Positions 37,780 through 47,708 of a DNA stretch of 54,106 nt are shown here, piece after piece. Both the position numbers and the translations under genes were made by a program. The DNA is taken from assembly GCA_964353635.1 (NCBI GenBank), contig CAYGVS010000004.1:1-54106 (forward strand), given 5' to 3'. The notes under the pieces are model-generated. The model was not told the origin of the DNA. It saw only the letters and a list, made by a program, of their open reading frames with translations, and ran no database searches. Source of the stretch: an uncultured archaeon (GTDB lineage Archaea; Aenigmatarchaeota; Aenigmatarchaeia; QMZP01). Each line of letters begins with the position of its first letter. Positions within the stretch are counted from its first letter, which is position 1.

Positions 37780-38304
37780 ATGGGATTCAAGATGCTGAAA
37801 CGGTTTGATAATAGCGTCTTCTACATGGCCTTGGGAATCGTCCTGGCCTTTGCGATAAACTGGGGCCTGGCTTTTGGCCTGAGCACTGACATGCCAGTGG
37901 TTGCGGTGGAGTCAAATTCCATGTTGCCTACCTTCTCTATGGGCGACATGCTCGTGCTGCAAGGAGTCCCTGTGCAGAACCTCAAGGTTAATGACATCAT
38001 TGTGTTCTCTCCTTCGCCGCAGCAGACTCCGGTGGTTCATAGGATAATAAGCATAAACCCGGACAACACATTCCAGACAAAGGGGGACAATAACCAGGGG
38101 CAACTGCCTTTCGAGCTTCGGATAGAGCCTTCCCAGATACATGGCAAGGCCATACTCATAATACCTTACGCAGGCTGGCTAAAGTTAGGGATGATGCAGT
38201 ACGTGCTGCCCAACATCCTCTGGGTGATCGTGGGCGCGGGTCTTATAGCGTTTATATATATAGGTATCAAAATGTATTGGGGTGAAGGTTTCGGGTTCTG
38301 GTGA
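37780..38304 (+). CDS. Signal peptidase I (archaeal Sec11-type, S26)
   Basis: V.SNSMLPT..GD, VVHRI, TKGDNN, IPY.G. Confidence 0.92.
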   Translation: MGFKMLKRFDNSVFYMALGIVLAFAINWGLAFGLSTDMPVVAVESNSMLPTFSMGDMLVLQGVPVQNLKVNDIIVFSPSPQQTPVVHRIISINPDNTFQTKGDNNQGQLPFELRIEPSQIHGKAILIIPYAGWLKLGMMQYVLPNILWVIVGAGLIAFIYIGIKMYWGEGFGFW

Positions 38305-38309
38305 TATTT

Positions 38310-38633
38310 ATGAATTTCTGCGACAAATGCGGCTCTGTCCTTGTTGTGCAGAAGGACAAGGACAAGGTAGTCCTCATCTGCAGGAAATGCGGCTACAAGC
38401 TGAAGGATTACAAGCCGATGGAGATAGCTGAGAAGGTGGAGAAGAATCCGCTTGATGATATCATAATAATAGAGAAGAACGCGGAGACGCTTCCCACCAC
38501 GAAGGCTGTCTGCCCGAAATGCGGGAACAGAGAAGCTGTGTGGTGGATACAGCAGACAAGGTCCACAGACGAGGCCCCAACACTTTTTTTGAGGTGCACC
38601 CAATGCAAGCATTCATGGCGGGAGTACGGCTAA
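38310..38633 (+). CDS. tfs: Transcription factor S (TFIIS-like)
   Basis: FCDKCGS and CRKCG Zn ribbon, LPT, CPKCG, QTRS.DE, FLRC..C.HSWREY. Confidence 0.93.
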   Translation: MNFCDKCGSVLVVQKDKDKVVLICRKCGYKLKDYKPMEIAEKVEKNPLDDIIIIEKNAETLPTTKAVCPKCGNREAVWWIQQTRSTDEAPTLFLRCTQCKHSWREYG

Positions 38634-39913
38634 TGCTCTGGCTGCTGCATAACGGATATCATCGGCTCTGTTCCATATCTCATTTCTAGTCGCTTGGCAA
38701 AGCTGAGAGTTTCGGCTGCCTGCTCCTTTGTCTCGAATGGGAATCCTGTCATGAAGAAGGCTGCTGTTCCTATGCCGGTTTCCTTGCACGCTCCCAACAG
38801 CCTCTCGATTTTTTGCATGTCAAGCTTCTTTCCGAGCACACGGTTCCTTATTTTATCATTTCCTGATTCTAATGCAAAGGTAAGTTTTGTGCAGCCCGCC
38901 TTCCTCATTCTGAGAAGCATTCCTTTGTCAAGGCTGTCTGACAGTAATCCAAGGTTCGCGTCCCATTCTATCTGGACCCCACCTTTCTGCAACATCCTTA
39001 GTATTGCGCTGAGCCTCTTGGCATCAAGGGCGAAACCGTCGTCCTCAAAATGGATGTGGTTGATTCCGTATTTTTGCGCAAGAAGCCTGATGTGGCGGAG
39101 TATGTATTCTGCTGAGTGTGCCCTCCACTTGAAGCCGAACTGCGAATGGATGGAGCAGAATATGCAGTTGAAGGGGCAACCTCTTGAAGTGAACATTATG
39201 ATGTCCCTCTTGCCGTCCTGTTTCCTGAGGCTTCTGTTCCTAGAGAAAAATGGCGGCATCCTTGCTTTCTCTGTAAGGGAAAGTCTCCTGAAAAGGAACT
39301 GCCGTCTGTTAAGGTATCTTTCCATGTCTATCAGGTCATATGCGGGGAGCTTGAGTTCATCCAGGTTCTCTATAAGCCTTGCTTGGTTCCGCTTGATTTT
39401 CCCTTTCTCAATATAAGCCAAGTTTGGTATTTCGGAAAGGCCAGGCCTGCCGGTTTCAAAGTGCTCAAGAAGAAGGGGGAAGCTCAGCTCGCCTTCGCCT
39501 ATTGTGGCATAGATTCCGGATTTCAGATACTTCTCATAGTTCACACCTATTGCGCAGCCTCCCAGGATGATTTTTATTTCTGGAAAGTGACTCCTGATTT
39601 TGTGCAGTAGCCTGTCTGAAGCCCTTTCCTGTGCCGTGAAAGGGATTGTGAGGCCTATTGCGTCAGGCTGGAAGCCTTCAATGCACTTTTTTATGCGCCC
39701 CCATTCCAGCCCTTGATAAAACGTCCTGCCTTTCCTGTATATCCTGGTCTTCTCGTCCATCAGGCAGTCCAGGATTCGGACTTCATGCTTGTCCCTTATT
39801 GCTGAAGCAAGGTAAAGCAGGCCGAGGGGGAGGGTGGAGTGCTCCAAGCACCCATACACATCAAAGGAGCCTTTGTAGAATTTCCTGTTAGGCTGGATAA
39901 GGAGTACTTTCAT
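38630..39913 (-). CDS. B12-binding domain radical SAM protein, possibly C-terminally shortened
   Basis: PLGLLYLAS, GEGE, TSRGCPFNCIFC, ALESG; ends where the P.PGT motif would begin. Confidence 0.85.
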   Translation of the reverse strand: MKVLLIQPNRKFYKGSFDVYGCLEHSTLPLGLLYLASAIRDKHEVRILDCLMDEKTRIYRKGRTFYQGLEWGRIKKCIEGFQPDAIGLTIPFTAQERASDRLLHKIRSHFPEIKIILGGCAIGVNYEKYLKSGIYATIGEGELSFPLLLEHFETGRPGLSEIPNLAYIEKGKIKRNQARLIENLDELKLPAYDLIDMERYLNRRQFLFRRLSLTEKARMPPFFSRNRSLRKQDGKRDIIMFTSRGCPFNCIFCSIHSQFGFKWRAHSAEYILRHIRLLAQKYGINHIHFEDDGFALDAKRLSAILRMLQKGGVQIEWDANLGLLSDSLDKGMLLRMRKAGCTKLTFALESGNDKIRNRVLGKKLDMQKIERLLGACKETGIGTAAFFMTGFPFETKEQAAETLSFAKRLEMRYGTEPMISVMQQPEH

Positions 39914-39938
39914 GGGAGTAATAAGAGAATCATTCTTT

Positions 39939-40502
39939 TTAACCCACTGCCCAGCCGTCGCCTGTTATCTTCGTGACATTCCCTTCAAGTATTATGCTTG
40001 AGTTGCCGAGCGAAAAGATTCCTGCGAAGCCCTGGATGTCAAGTGTCCCGTTGTCATTGGCGATATTCGACTGGACTGATTTTAGGACGAATTTTGTATC
40101 CTTGAGCTGCAGCCTGGATAGCTTCAGCTGGACTGAGAAGGGCTGGATAGGCGATGATATTGAGAGCTGGGAGCCTTTTTCCCTGAGTGAGATCTTTCCG
40201 GAAGAGAAGTCGAAAGATACCTCTCCGTTGAAGTTCTCGAAATAGGAATCCCCCAAGGTGAGGTTTAGGTTGGATTCTGGTTTGAGGGTGAAGCTGGCTG
40301 GGTAAATTTCAAGATAGATAGAATTGGCTCCGGATTTGCCTCCGCTAATGCTCGGGAAATCTACAGGCGAGCCTCCCATCCAGTCGGTTATCTTGCCTAT
40401 TATCCCTCCAAAGAGATCCTTCACACCTGTGTTCCCCACGAGCAGTATGGAGATGACTAGCAGCGCTGAAAAAGCAGCAGCAAGGATCTTCCACTCGAGC
40501 AT
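39939..40502 (-). CDS. Hypothetical protein with N-terminal membrane anchor/signal and beta-rich body
   Basis: Hydrophobic N-terminus; TATA-like TATATAAAA upstream on minus strand. Confidence 0.7.
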   Translation of the reverse strand: MLEWKILAAAFSALLVISILLVGNTGVKDLFGGIIGKITDWMGGSPVDFPSISGGKSGANSIYLEIYPASFTLKPESNLNLTLGDSYFENFNGEVSFDFSSGKISLREKGSQLSISSPIQPFSVQLKLSRLQLKDTKFVLKSVQSNIANDNGTLDIQGFAGIFSLGNSSIILEGNVTKITGDGWAVG

Positions 40503-40569
40503 AAATAGTGTTTAGGCAAACTTTTATATATAGCAAAGCCTTAATTTATTAATCCTGTTTGTGGTTTTT

Positions 40570-41775
40570 ATGAGCTTTGCTAATGCGCAGCTTATCGGGG
40601 GAGATTGGTTTTCAATGCTCATATCTTTCCTTATGCTTATCATTCTCTTTTTCTTCTACCCAAGGATTATGGTCTCACAGATAATGTATAAGCTGAACAA
40701 GACCGCCGATGAGCTGGAGGACATGTCTGAGAAGTCCAAGAAATTCATAATCAAGGAGGCCACTAAGAAAAAGAAGGCTTCCAAGGACATAAAGGAGTCC
40801 ATCAACCGATTCTACGAATTTTTCGTCATAGGTCCGGTGTCTCTCGATCCATATGGTGTTGTGCAGAAGCTGGACCATATGATTAAGGGGGAAAAGGAGA
40901 GGTTCACCTATTTCGTGAACCAGATAGCGCCTGAGCTCGACTCTGAGGAGAAGGCGAATCTGGAGATGGGGCTAGCAGGAGGAATTACAGTCCATGAGAT
41001 AGCCAAGATAGTCAGGCACTACGTTGAGATTGTCAGGAAGACCAAGAACATACAGATAGCAATGGTGCTTCAGATGCAGCTCCCAATGATCGAGAGGATT
41101 GCCAGGGCCATGTTCAAGGGGACTGAATCGCTCGCAAAAGGGGAGCCTATAGGAGATGGATTGGGTCCGCTGGTGGTTGCTGAGATGTCAGGGAAAAGCG
41201 CCTGGAAGGATGTTGGGGATGAGATAATAGTCTCTGAGACCAAGATAAATGGAAGGAATATCATTCTCATGAAGGCCAGGGGACCTGGAGGAAGGATTGG
41301 ATATCCAGGCAAGGCTGTTGCCAAAATAGTGGCCCAAAAGAAGATAGCAAGGATAATTACCGTGGATGCTGCTGCCAAGCTGGAAGGGGAGAAGACGGGC
41401 TCCCTTGCGGAAGGGGTTGGTGTGGCAATGGGAGGCCCTGGCTCTGAAAGGTTCTTCATTGAGGACATTGTGGTCAAGAAGAACGTGCCTGTTGATTCCA
41501 TAGTCGTTAAGATGAGCCAGGAAGAGGCGATAACGCCAATGAGGAAAGTTGTTAAGGACGCCCTGCCGAAGGTGAATGAGTCTGTGAACAGGAGCCTGGA
41601 GTTTGTGAAGCCTGGAGAGACTGTGATAATAGTTGGAGTTGGCAACACCTCAGGAGTGGGCAACTCGCCAAAGGATGCCCAGGCGGTCAAGGAATGGGTG
41701 GAGAAGTACGAGAGGGACCTCAAGGCCAAGCAGAAAGATAAGAAAAAGAAGGACAACGGGGACTTCAGCGAATAA
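40570..41775 (+). CDS. DUF1512 family conserved archaeal protein
   Basis: PVSLDPYG, KIVRHY, PIGDGLGPLV, VDAAAKLEGEKTG..AEGVGVAMGG.G.E, GVGNT.GV. Confidence 0.88.
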   Translation: MSFANAQLIGGDWFSMLISFLMLIILFFFYPRIMVSQIMYKLNKTADELEDMSEKSKKFIIKEATKKKKASKDIKESINRFYEFFVIGPVSLDPYGVVQKLDHMIKGEKERFTYFVNQIAPELDSEEKANLEMGLAGGITVHEIAKIVRHYVEIVRKTKNIQIAMVLQMQLPMIERIARAMFKGTESLAKGEPIGDGLGPLVVAEMSGKSAWKDVGDEIIVSETKINGRNIILMKARGPGGRIGYPGKAVAKIVAQKKIARIITVDAAAKLEGEKTGSLAEGVGVAMGGPGSERFFIEDIVVKKNVPVDSIVVKMSQEEAITPMRKVVKDALPKVNESVNRSLEFVKPGETVIIVGVGNTSGVGNSPKDAQAVKEWVEKYERDLKAKQKDKKKKDNGDFSE

Positions 41776-41836
41776 AAGCATGCATTCTAATTCTTTATTG
41801 TGTTAGGCTTGGCAGCCTTCAAGATCGGCGAAGTTT

Positions 41837-43171
41837 ATGAAAATAATCGCGGATTTGCACATGCACGGCAGGTTCAGCAGGGCCACCAGCACCCAGCTCA
41901 CTGTTCCCAATCTTACAAAGTACGCCAAAATCAAGGGTCTTTCCCTCCTTGGCACGGGCGATTTCACACATCCCCTCTGGCTGGCCGAGCTTAAGGAAAC
42001 TCTCAGAGAGGATGGGACAGGTATACTAAAGGACAAGGAAGGGTTCAGCTTTATCCTGTCGGGGGAGATATCCAGCATATATTCCCAGGATGGAAAGGTC
42101 AGGAGAGTGCACAACATAGTCTTGGCCAGGAGTTTCGAGGTGGCTGACCAGATTAACGAAGCCCTCACCAAAAGAAAGGTGAACTTGAAGTCAGATGGCC
42201 GGCCCATCTGCGGGATACCATGTCCTGAGTTGGTCGGGCTCATCTTGGGAGTGGACAGGGAAGCTGAGATCGTTCCAGCCCATGTCTGGACCCCGTGGTT
42301 CAGCGTGTTCGGGTCAGAGTCCGGGTTCGACAGGATTGAGGATTGCTACAAGGACCAGACAAGGAACATACATGCCCTGGAAACCGGCTTGTCCAGTACC
42401 CCTGACATGAACTGGAGGCTTTCCTCTCTTGATAAATACACGCTCCTTTCAAATTCTGACAGCCATTCGTTCTGGCCATGGAGGATAGGCAGGGAAGCCA
42501 ATGTATTTGACCTAAAAGACCTCACATACAAGGATTTGCTTTCTGCCATAAGGGAAAAGGATTCTAAGAGATTCCTCTATACGACAGAGGTCGATGCATC
42601 TTATGGTAAGTATCATTACGATGGTCACAGGGCTTGCTCAGTGTGCCTGGAGCCTGAGGAGGCCAAGAGGCTGGGCAACCAGTGCCCTGTGTGCAAGAGG
42701 CCCCTCACGATAGGCGTCCTGCACAGGATAGAGGAACTGGCGGATAGGCCCCAGGGATATGTCCCCAAGCATGCTATACCCTTCACGTCTCTCATACCGC
42801 TCACAGAAATTATAAGCGGCCAAATGGGCATCGACCAGCTCTACTCCAAGAGGATTTGGGCAGTGTATAACGACCTCATTAAGGCCTTCGGCTCAGAATT
42901 CGCCGTCCTGCTGGACGCGGAGGAGCCTGAACTGAAGAAGGTTGTTGACCCCAAGCTTGCCAAGGCCATTATAGGAGTAAGGGAAGGCAAAGTGGAGATT
43001 AAGCCTGGGTATGATGGGGTTTATGGGTATCCTGTCTTCGAGGGCGCGGACAAAACCAAACTGGAAAAGAAAGCACAACTTTCAACTGGGAAGGAAAGGC
43101 CAGCCAAACCTAAAGGCAGGCAGAAGAAGGTTGAGCCCAAGCCAGGGCAGAAGAGATTGGGAGATTTCTAA
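41837..43171 (+). CDS. Endonuclease Q family PHP-domain protein
   Basis: ADLHMH..FSRATS, GTGDFTHP.W, PAH.WTPW, ETGLS, SNSDSHS, GKYH.DGHR.C, CP.C, GV..R, PGYDGVYG. Confidence 0.9.
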   Translation: MKIIADLHMHGRFSRATSTQLTVPNLTKYAKIKGLSLLGTGDFTHPLWLAELKETLREDGTGILKDKEGFSFILSGEISSIYSQDGKVRRVHNIVLARSFEVADQINEALTKRKVNLKSDGRPICGIPCPELVGLILGVDREAEIVPAHVWTPWFSVFGSESGFDRIEDCYKDQTRNIHALETGLSSTPDMNWRLSSLDKYTLLSNSDSHSFWPWRIGREANVFDLKDLTYKDLLSAIREKDSKRFLYTTEVDASYGKYHYDGHRACSVCLEPEEAKRLGNQCPVCKRPLTIGVLHRIEELADRPQGYVPKHAIPFTSLIPLTEIISGQMGIDQLYSKRIWAVYNDLIKAFGSEFAVLLDAEEPELKKVVDPKLAKAIIGVREGKVEIKPGYDGVYGYPVFEGADKTKLEKKAQLSTGKERPAKPKGRQKKVEPKPGQKRLGDF

Positions 43172-43188
43172 TTTCTAGTTTTTAACAG

Positions 43189-44274
43189 TTATATAGTGCT
43201 TGTGGTTGTTTTCCTTCCTATCACTGTGATGGAGGACGTCGTGTCTGTGTAATAATCATAAGCAGCTTCCACGCTTATCATTCTCTGTATTGTAGCCCCT
43301 GAACTGAGGCCGGAGGCCGTGACTTCGCAGACAATGGTGTTGCTCTGGCCTTTCCATAAGGAAATGGTTTTCCCTGTCTCGAAGTCTGTGCATTCTGTCG
43401 AAAGTGTCATTTTTTTTACGGTTGCTGTGTCTGTTCCGAAGCTTATCTTTATTCTGACCTTGTTCTTGGGGGTTTCTCCAGCCGTTGCCCTGCATGTGTT
43501 CGCATTGGGCGAGTTTGTTTTGTACGCTGTGCTGCTGCCTGCGCAGGCAATCCCGCCACCAACATTCTTTATTGTGATTTCAAGTGGCAGAAGCACACTG
43601 TTCTCTTCTTCTGACCAGAACCTTATTGGGCCTTTTGTTTCAATGCTCAATTGGACAGGGCCGCTGGTTGTGCTCACTGTCTCGGTTGGCAGCTTGCCTC
43701 CAGTGTCCTGAATGGTGCGTAATTCGCTGCTTGAGCCGAATGTGATGAGCTTTACTACCCCGCTCTTGTATGTGTAGAAAGTCCTTACAGTCGGGGTGTA
43801 GACGATTGTGAAGCCTTTTTCTATCGAAGGTGCTTTGTATGTCCAGGTGCATATCTGCGTCCCGCCCTGAGTTCCGCGCTGCGTGTCAGGGGCGAGGAGC
43901 TTGAAGCCGTTCGTGTTTGTATATTGGCATGCGTCTTCGTTTGGTAGCTTTTCAGGTCTGTTAGTGCCACTGCTTGGGTCGCATGATTTTATGCCCGCTC
44001 CTGTTTGGCTTGCGCACCAGTCCTCATCAAGACCCAAAAGATCTGCAAATCCGTTTATGGCGTCTACAGAACCCTCATTCTTGATAAGCATTCTGAATGT
44101 CACAGGCTCTCCTGCATAAATAGATGTGAACTCAGGGGCGAACTCCTTCACGACCACGCCAGAACCGCCGGTCGTGGTGGTTCCTGGCCAGGTGCAGCCA
44201 GAAATCAAGAGAACAGCAAGAAAAGGCAGGGCTATAAGAAGCGGTTTCTGCCAAGAAGCGCTTTTTGTCTGCAT
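43189..44274 (-). CDS. Secreted lipoprotein, paralog family member 1
   Basis: LISGC lipobox; shared IKN.G, Y.Y, GP(V/L/I), I.N.GGG, Y.Y motifs. Confidence 0.75.
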   Translation of the reverse strand: MQTKSASWQKPLLIALPFLAVLLISGCTWPGTTTTGGSGVVVKEFAPEFTSIYAGEPVTFRMLIKNEGSVDAINGFADLLGLDEDWCASQTGAGIKSCDPSSGTNRPEKLPNEDACQYTNTNGFKLLAPDTQRGTQGGTQICTWTYKAPSIEKGFTIVYTPTVRTFYTYKSGVVKLITFGSSSELRTIQDTGGKLPTETVSTTSGPVQLSIETKGPIRFWSEEENSVLLPLEITIKNVGGGIACAGSSTAYKTNSPNANTCRATAGETPKNKVRIKISFGTDTATVKKMTLSTECTDFETGKTISLWKGQSNTIVCEVTASGLSSGATIQRMISVEAAYDYYTDTTSSITVIGRKTTTSTI

Positions 44275-44318
44275 TGATTACTTATTGGCATTGTTATCTT
44301 AAATTGTTGCTTGAGAAA

Positions 44319-44615
44319 CTAACGGCAACCGTTGCTGCCGCAATTTGAAGGACTGCCAAAACCGTAGCCATAATAACCATAATAACCGTATCCGGGCACA
44401 AAAAATACATCAGGTCTTTTATATTTTGTTCCAGATTCACCTGTTTTTTCGTTGACATATGTATCTGCGCCTTCACCTATGTTTAATGCTCTGACTGTTC
44501 CTCTGCTATCCCTTGCCATATTAAGTGAGGGCATACAAGCTTCTTGAAGAGAAGCTGTAAAGAGTGTAGTGGCTAATGCTCCTATTCTTACATATTTGTT
44601 GTTAATAATCTTCAT
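44319..44615 (-). CDS. Small secreted/lipoprotein-like protein with Gly/Tyr-rich tail
   Basis: GGTGA RBS and TTTAAATA box upstream; signal-like N-terminus ending QEAC; GYGYYGYYGYG and CGSNGC tail. Confidence 0.6.
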   Translation of the reverse strand: MKIINNKYVRIGALATTLFTASLQEACMPSLNMARDSRGTVRALNIGEGADTYVNEKTGESGTKYKRPDVFFVPGYGYYGYYGYGFGSPSNCGSNGCR

Positions 44616-44691
44616 ATAATCACCACTTTATAGTGATAATAACAGATAGATATTTAAAGCTTTCGCTTAGCTTATAAGCAAGTTTTAATGC

Positions 44692-45612
44692 CTAGAAAAA
44701 TCCTTCATCAGTACCTGTGACTGTGACAGTTGTCTTTCTGTCTATATAGTAGCTGTAATCAAGGGTGACCTTTATGTTGGCTTCCTCGGTTGTAAGAGGC
44801 GGGCTGCTTATCTGCACTGAGCAGGTTATTGAGGCGTCCTGGCCTTTCCAGAGCATAATTGTGTTTCCGAAGAATGTCCCACAGTCCAGGTTCGTCAGTC
44901 TGCTTGGGAACTCAAGCTTTACGCTTACTTTGTAGTCATCCTGCGGGGTGTTGTAATAGCTCACAACACCTCCTCCGACATTCTGGATGTCTATCGTGAT
45001 AGGGAATTTGTTGGTGTAAAGGAAGCCTGTTTCTCTGGCCTTTATGAACTTGCCCGTGTTCACTGTGACTTTCAGCGGGCCTGAGCTGACTTTGGTGTCT
45101 GTGGATGTCAATGTCTGGCCCTGGTCCTGAAGTCTTTTAAGCTCATTCTCGTTGACCAAGGTTATAGCTTTCACCGCGGTTGTCTTGTAATCATAATAAA
45201 GCCTCACTTGGGGAGAATATGTCTGCGTGGTTCCCTTTGGAAGCCTTGGAGCTACAAGGCTGAATGTGTCCTGCTTTTCCTGGCCTTCAGTTCCCTGAAC
45301 TCTGTCTGGAGGGAGCAGCTCGTTGAAATTGCTTGGATTGCTTCCAAAAAATCCCCATTCATCGATGTTTATTCCTGTTAGGAACGCCCGGACGTTCTTG
45401 GCTGTCACTTCTCCCTGGTTCTGGATTCTAATCCTGAGCTGCAGGTTGTCGCCTGATTCCACTGAGGAGAAAGTGGGCTCCCAATTCAGGATGGAAACGC
45501 CGTTCCCGAATGTGGGGCCTGTAGTGTTGCTGCACCCGGATATGGAAATGACTGCGAAAATCGGGATAAGTAGCAAAAAGAGCTTCAATTCTTTGGCGCG
45601 TGCTTCCTTCAT
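44692..45612 (-). CDS. Secreted lipoprotein, paralog family member 2
   Basis: SISGC lipobox; same conserved motifs as 43189..44274 including LWKGQ...I.C. Confidence 0.75.
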   Translation of the reverse strand: MKEARAKELKLFLLLIPIFAVISISGCSNTTGPTFGNGVSILNWEPTFSSVESGDNLQLRIRIQNQGEVTAKNVRAFLTGINIDEWGFFGSNPSNFNELLPPDRVQGTEGQEKQDTFSLVAPRLPKGTTQTYSPQVRLYYDYKTTAVKAITLVNENELKRLQDQGQTLTSTDTKVSSGPLKVTVNTGKFIKARETGFLYTNKFPITIDIQNVGGGVVSYYNTPQDDYKVSVKLEFPSRLTNLDCGTFFGNTIMLWKGQDASITCSVQISSPPLTTEEANIKVTLDYSYYIDRKTTVTVTGTDEGFF

Positions 45613-45651
45613 CGTTATCTCTTTAATATATGTATATTTTCGTTTATAAGT

Positions 45652-46710
45652 TTACCCTGTTATCTTGGGCGGCTTGATTGTTACCTTTATCTCCTTGCGG
45701 AATTCGTACATGTAGTCCACACTTGTGGTCACATAATATGTTGCGATTTTTTCTATTTGGTTATCCGATGGTGTTTTTATCGCAAAAGTTTGTTTGGGGG
45801 ATTCTTTATTTACAAACTGAATGTTTCCCATTTCTGTGATTTTAGATTCTATTTGCTTACCTATATCATAGTTCTTTACATCGGATTGGATTTTGATATC
45901 TTGATTCAGTATCGCTATATATGGATTCCCATATGAATCTTGTTGGAAAAATGAGAGAACTCCGCTCCCCTTGTTTTTTATCTGGAAGGCCATTGATGTT
46001 GTTGATTCTTTTCCACGTTCGACTGGAATGGGTTGTGTATCCTCAACTGTTAGATATGGTTTTATAGGACCGTAGCCTTCTGTGATGTAGGATGTGATCG
46101 CTTTGAATGTATTTGTATCTAGCATTCTTTGGTATTCTGTGTAGTCAACAAAAGATATGCTGGTCATGCTTTTTGTTTGATATGGATACCGAACATATAC
46201 CTTAAGGTTGCAGGGGGTTTCAAGGGGTATTTTGTCTGCTTTGTTTGCGACAAGAGACCAAGAAACAGGAATTGTTTGTTTTGGAAGTAATGTCTTTATA
46301 ATACAGCCTTTTTTTGTACTTGAAATTGTTGCCTCTGAAGGACAATTTGGCGTCACCGATTCAAAAAGCCCTTCACAAGTATCGTAAAGTTCCACTGTAA
46401 TAATGTCCAATTGCAAGGTCATTTGGGCTCCTGTTTTCCCAGCAAACACTTTCTGCGGCACGGTCTCCCCTCCGTTGTTGGTTATCCATGCGGAAAGGCG
46501 CATCTGCTGGCCCGTGGAGATGGTCTGGGGGATTGCGTCAAGGGTCTTGATTATCAGGACGTCGTTCTCGTATTCTGTTGTGCTTCCTGTGCATGTGAGC
46601 CCTGGGATGCAAATGTTCCCTATTATTGGCAGCTCTATGCCTGTGCAGCCGGAGATGGACAAGACTAGCAAAAGAGCTATGGGAAGCGGAATGAACTGTT
46701 TCGGCCTCAT
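45652..46710 (-). CDS. Secreted lipoprotein, paralog family member 3
   Basis: SISGC lipobox; ITNNG, Y.Y, GPI, IKN.GSG, DY.Y motifs. Confidence 0.72.
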   Translation of the reverse strand: MRPKQFIPLPIALLLVLSISGCTGIELPIIGNICIPGLTCTGSTTEYENDVLIIKTLDAIPQTISTGQQMRLSAWITNNGGETVPQKVFAGKTGAQMTLQLDIITVELYDTCEGLFESVTPNCPSEATISSTKKGCIIKTLLPKQTIPVSWSLVANKADKIPLETPCNLKVYVRYPYQTKSMTSISFVDYTEYQRMLDTNTFKAITSYITEGYGPIKPYLTVEDTQPIPVERGKESTTSMAFQIKNKGSGVLSFFQQDSYGNPYIAILNQDIKIQSDVKNYDIGKQIESKITEMGNIQFVNKESPKQTFAIKTPSDNQIEKIATYYVTTSVDYMYEFRKEIKVTIKPPKITG

Positions 46711-46744
46711 CAATAATATTATACTGCCCAATCTATTTATTGAT

Positions 46745-47257
46745 ATGAAATGGGGTTATCGCAAAAAGAAACTCAAAGCGCAGATGGTTTTTGAGTTCAT
46801 CATAGCTGTAATGCTATTCTTTACAATAATATTCTTCATGCTTAACTACATGAATACTGCTGTCAGCGGTTATGACAGGGATTTCTTCCAGGAAGACATG
46901 GAGAGCAAGGCCTCGCAGGTCTCTGAGCTGCTTGTGATGAACAACGGTGTTTGGGTTGGGAGGGAGCCTGTTGTGCTTGGGATATCTGCAGGATGGCCTG
47001 TGCTCAACTCGACCAAGATACAGTGGCTTAAGAACTACTGCATTTATCCTGCGAATTATTCGAAGCTGGCTGACTCGCTTGGCGTGCATCCGAGGACTAT
47101 GATGAAGATTCAGATAAATGAGACCTGGTCTGACGGCTCGCTTCATGAGCTGGCCAACTGCAGTGTCAGGGAGCCTGTCTCGGCAAAGATAGAGTCAAAA
47201 AGGTTCGCGATAAACGAGACAGGAGGCATAATTGTGATATCGGTCAAGATATGGTGA
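46745..47257 (+). CDS. Type IV pilin-like protein with class III signal peptide
   Basis: Basic leader RKKKLKA, then QMVFEF (Q+1, E+5) and a hydrophobic helix. Confidence 0.72.
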   Translation: MKWGYRKKKLKAQMVFEFIIAVMLFFTIIFFMLNYMNTAVSGYDRDFFQEDMESKASQVSELLVMNNGVWVGREPVVLGISAGWPVLNSTKIQWLKNYCIYPANYSKLADSLGVHPRTMMKIQINETWSDGSLHELANCSVREPVSAKIESKRFAINETGGIIVISVKIW

Positions 47258-47293
47258 GGCCTGCAATTTAATAGCTGAACGCCAATTATTGTT

Positions 47294-47698
47294 ATGAGGG
47301 TGATTATAGCCGGCGGAGGGGAGTTCGGGACAAGGCTTGCTGAGGAGCTCTCCAGGGGGAATGAAGTAATCGTGGTTGAGAGGGATGAATCGCGGGCAGA
47401 ATATCTGGGCGAGAAGCTTCATTCCATAGTGCTTTACGGAAGCGCCACGGACAAGACCGTGCTGAGGCACGCAAGCGCGGAGAAGTGTGATTCCCTTGTG
47501 GCTGCGACGGGAGATGACAAAATCAACTCGGCCGTGTGCGAGCTTGCGAAATCCTTTGGGATAAAGAAGATAGTGTCCAGGCTTAGCGACCCGTCAAATG
47601 AGGGCATGTTCTCAGGCACAGGAGCAGTGACCATTAACCTGATGGACTCTGCAGTGAAGGATTTCATGAAAAGCATTGGCCACGGGAAAAAATCATAG
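47294..47698 (+). CDS. Stand-alone TrkA-N (RCK) NAD-binding protein
   Basis: IAGGGEFG..LA..L, VVERD, GSATD, A.TGDD..N. Confidence 0.85.
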   Translation: MRVIIAGGGEFGTRLAEELSRGNEVIVVERDESRAEYLGEKLHSIVLYGSATDKTVLRHASAEKCDSLVAATGDDKINSAVCELAKSFGIKKIVSRLSDPSNEGMFSGTGAVTINLMDSAVKDFMKSIGHGKKS

Positions 47699-47708
47699 CC
47701 CGGGGCTC

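Noticed and set aside
38694-39416. 240-aa plus-strand ORF, and similar shadows at 16096, 41070, 2314
   Set aside because: Antisense shadows of well-supported genes
46403-46744. Upstream extension of the pilin-like ORF
   Set aside because: Antisense to lipoprotein 3; the class III signal starts at 46745
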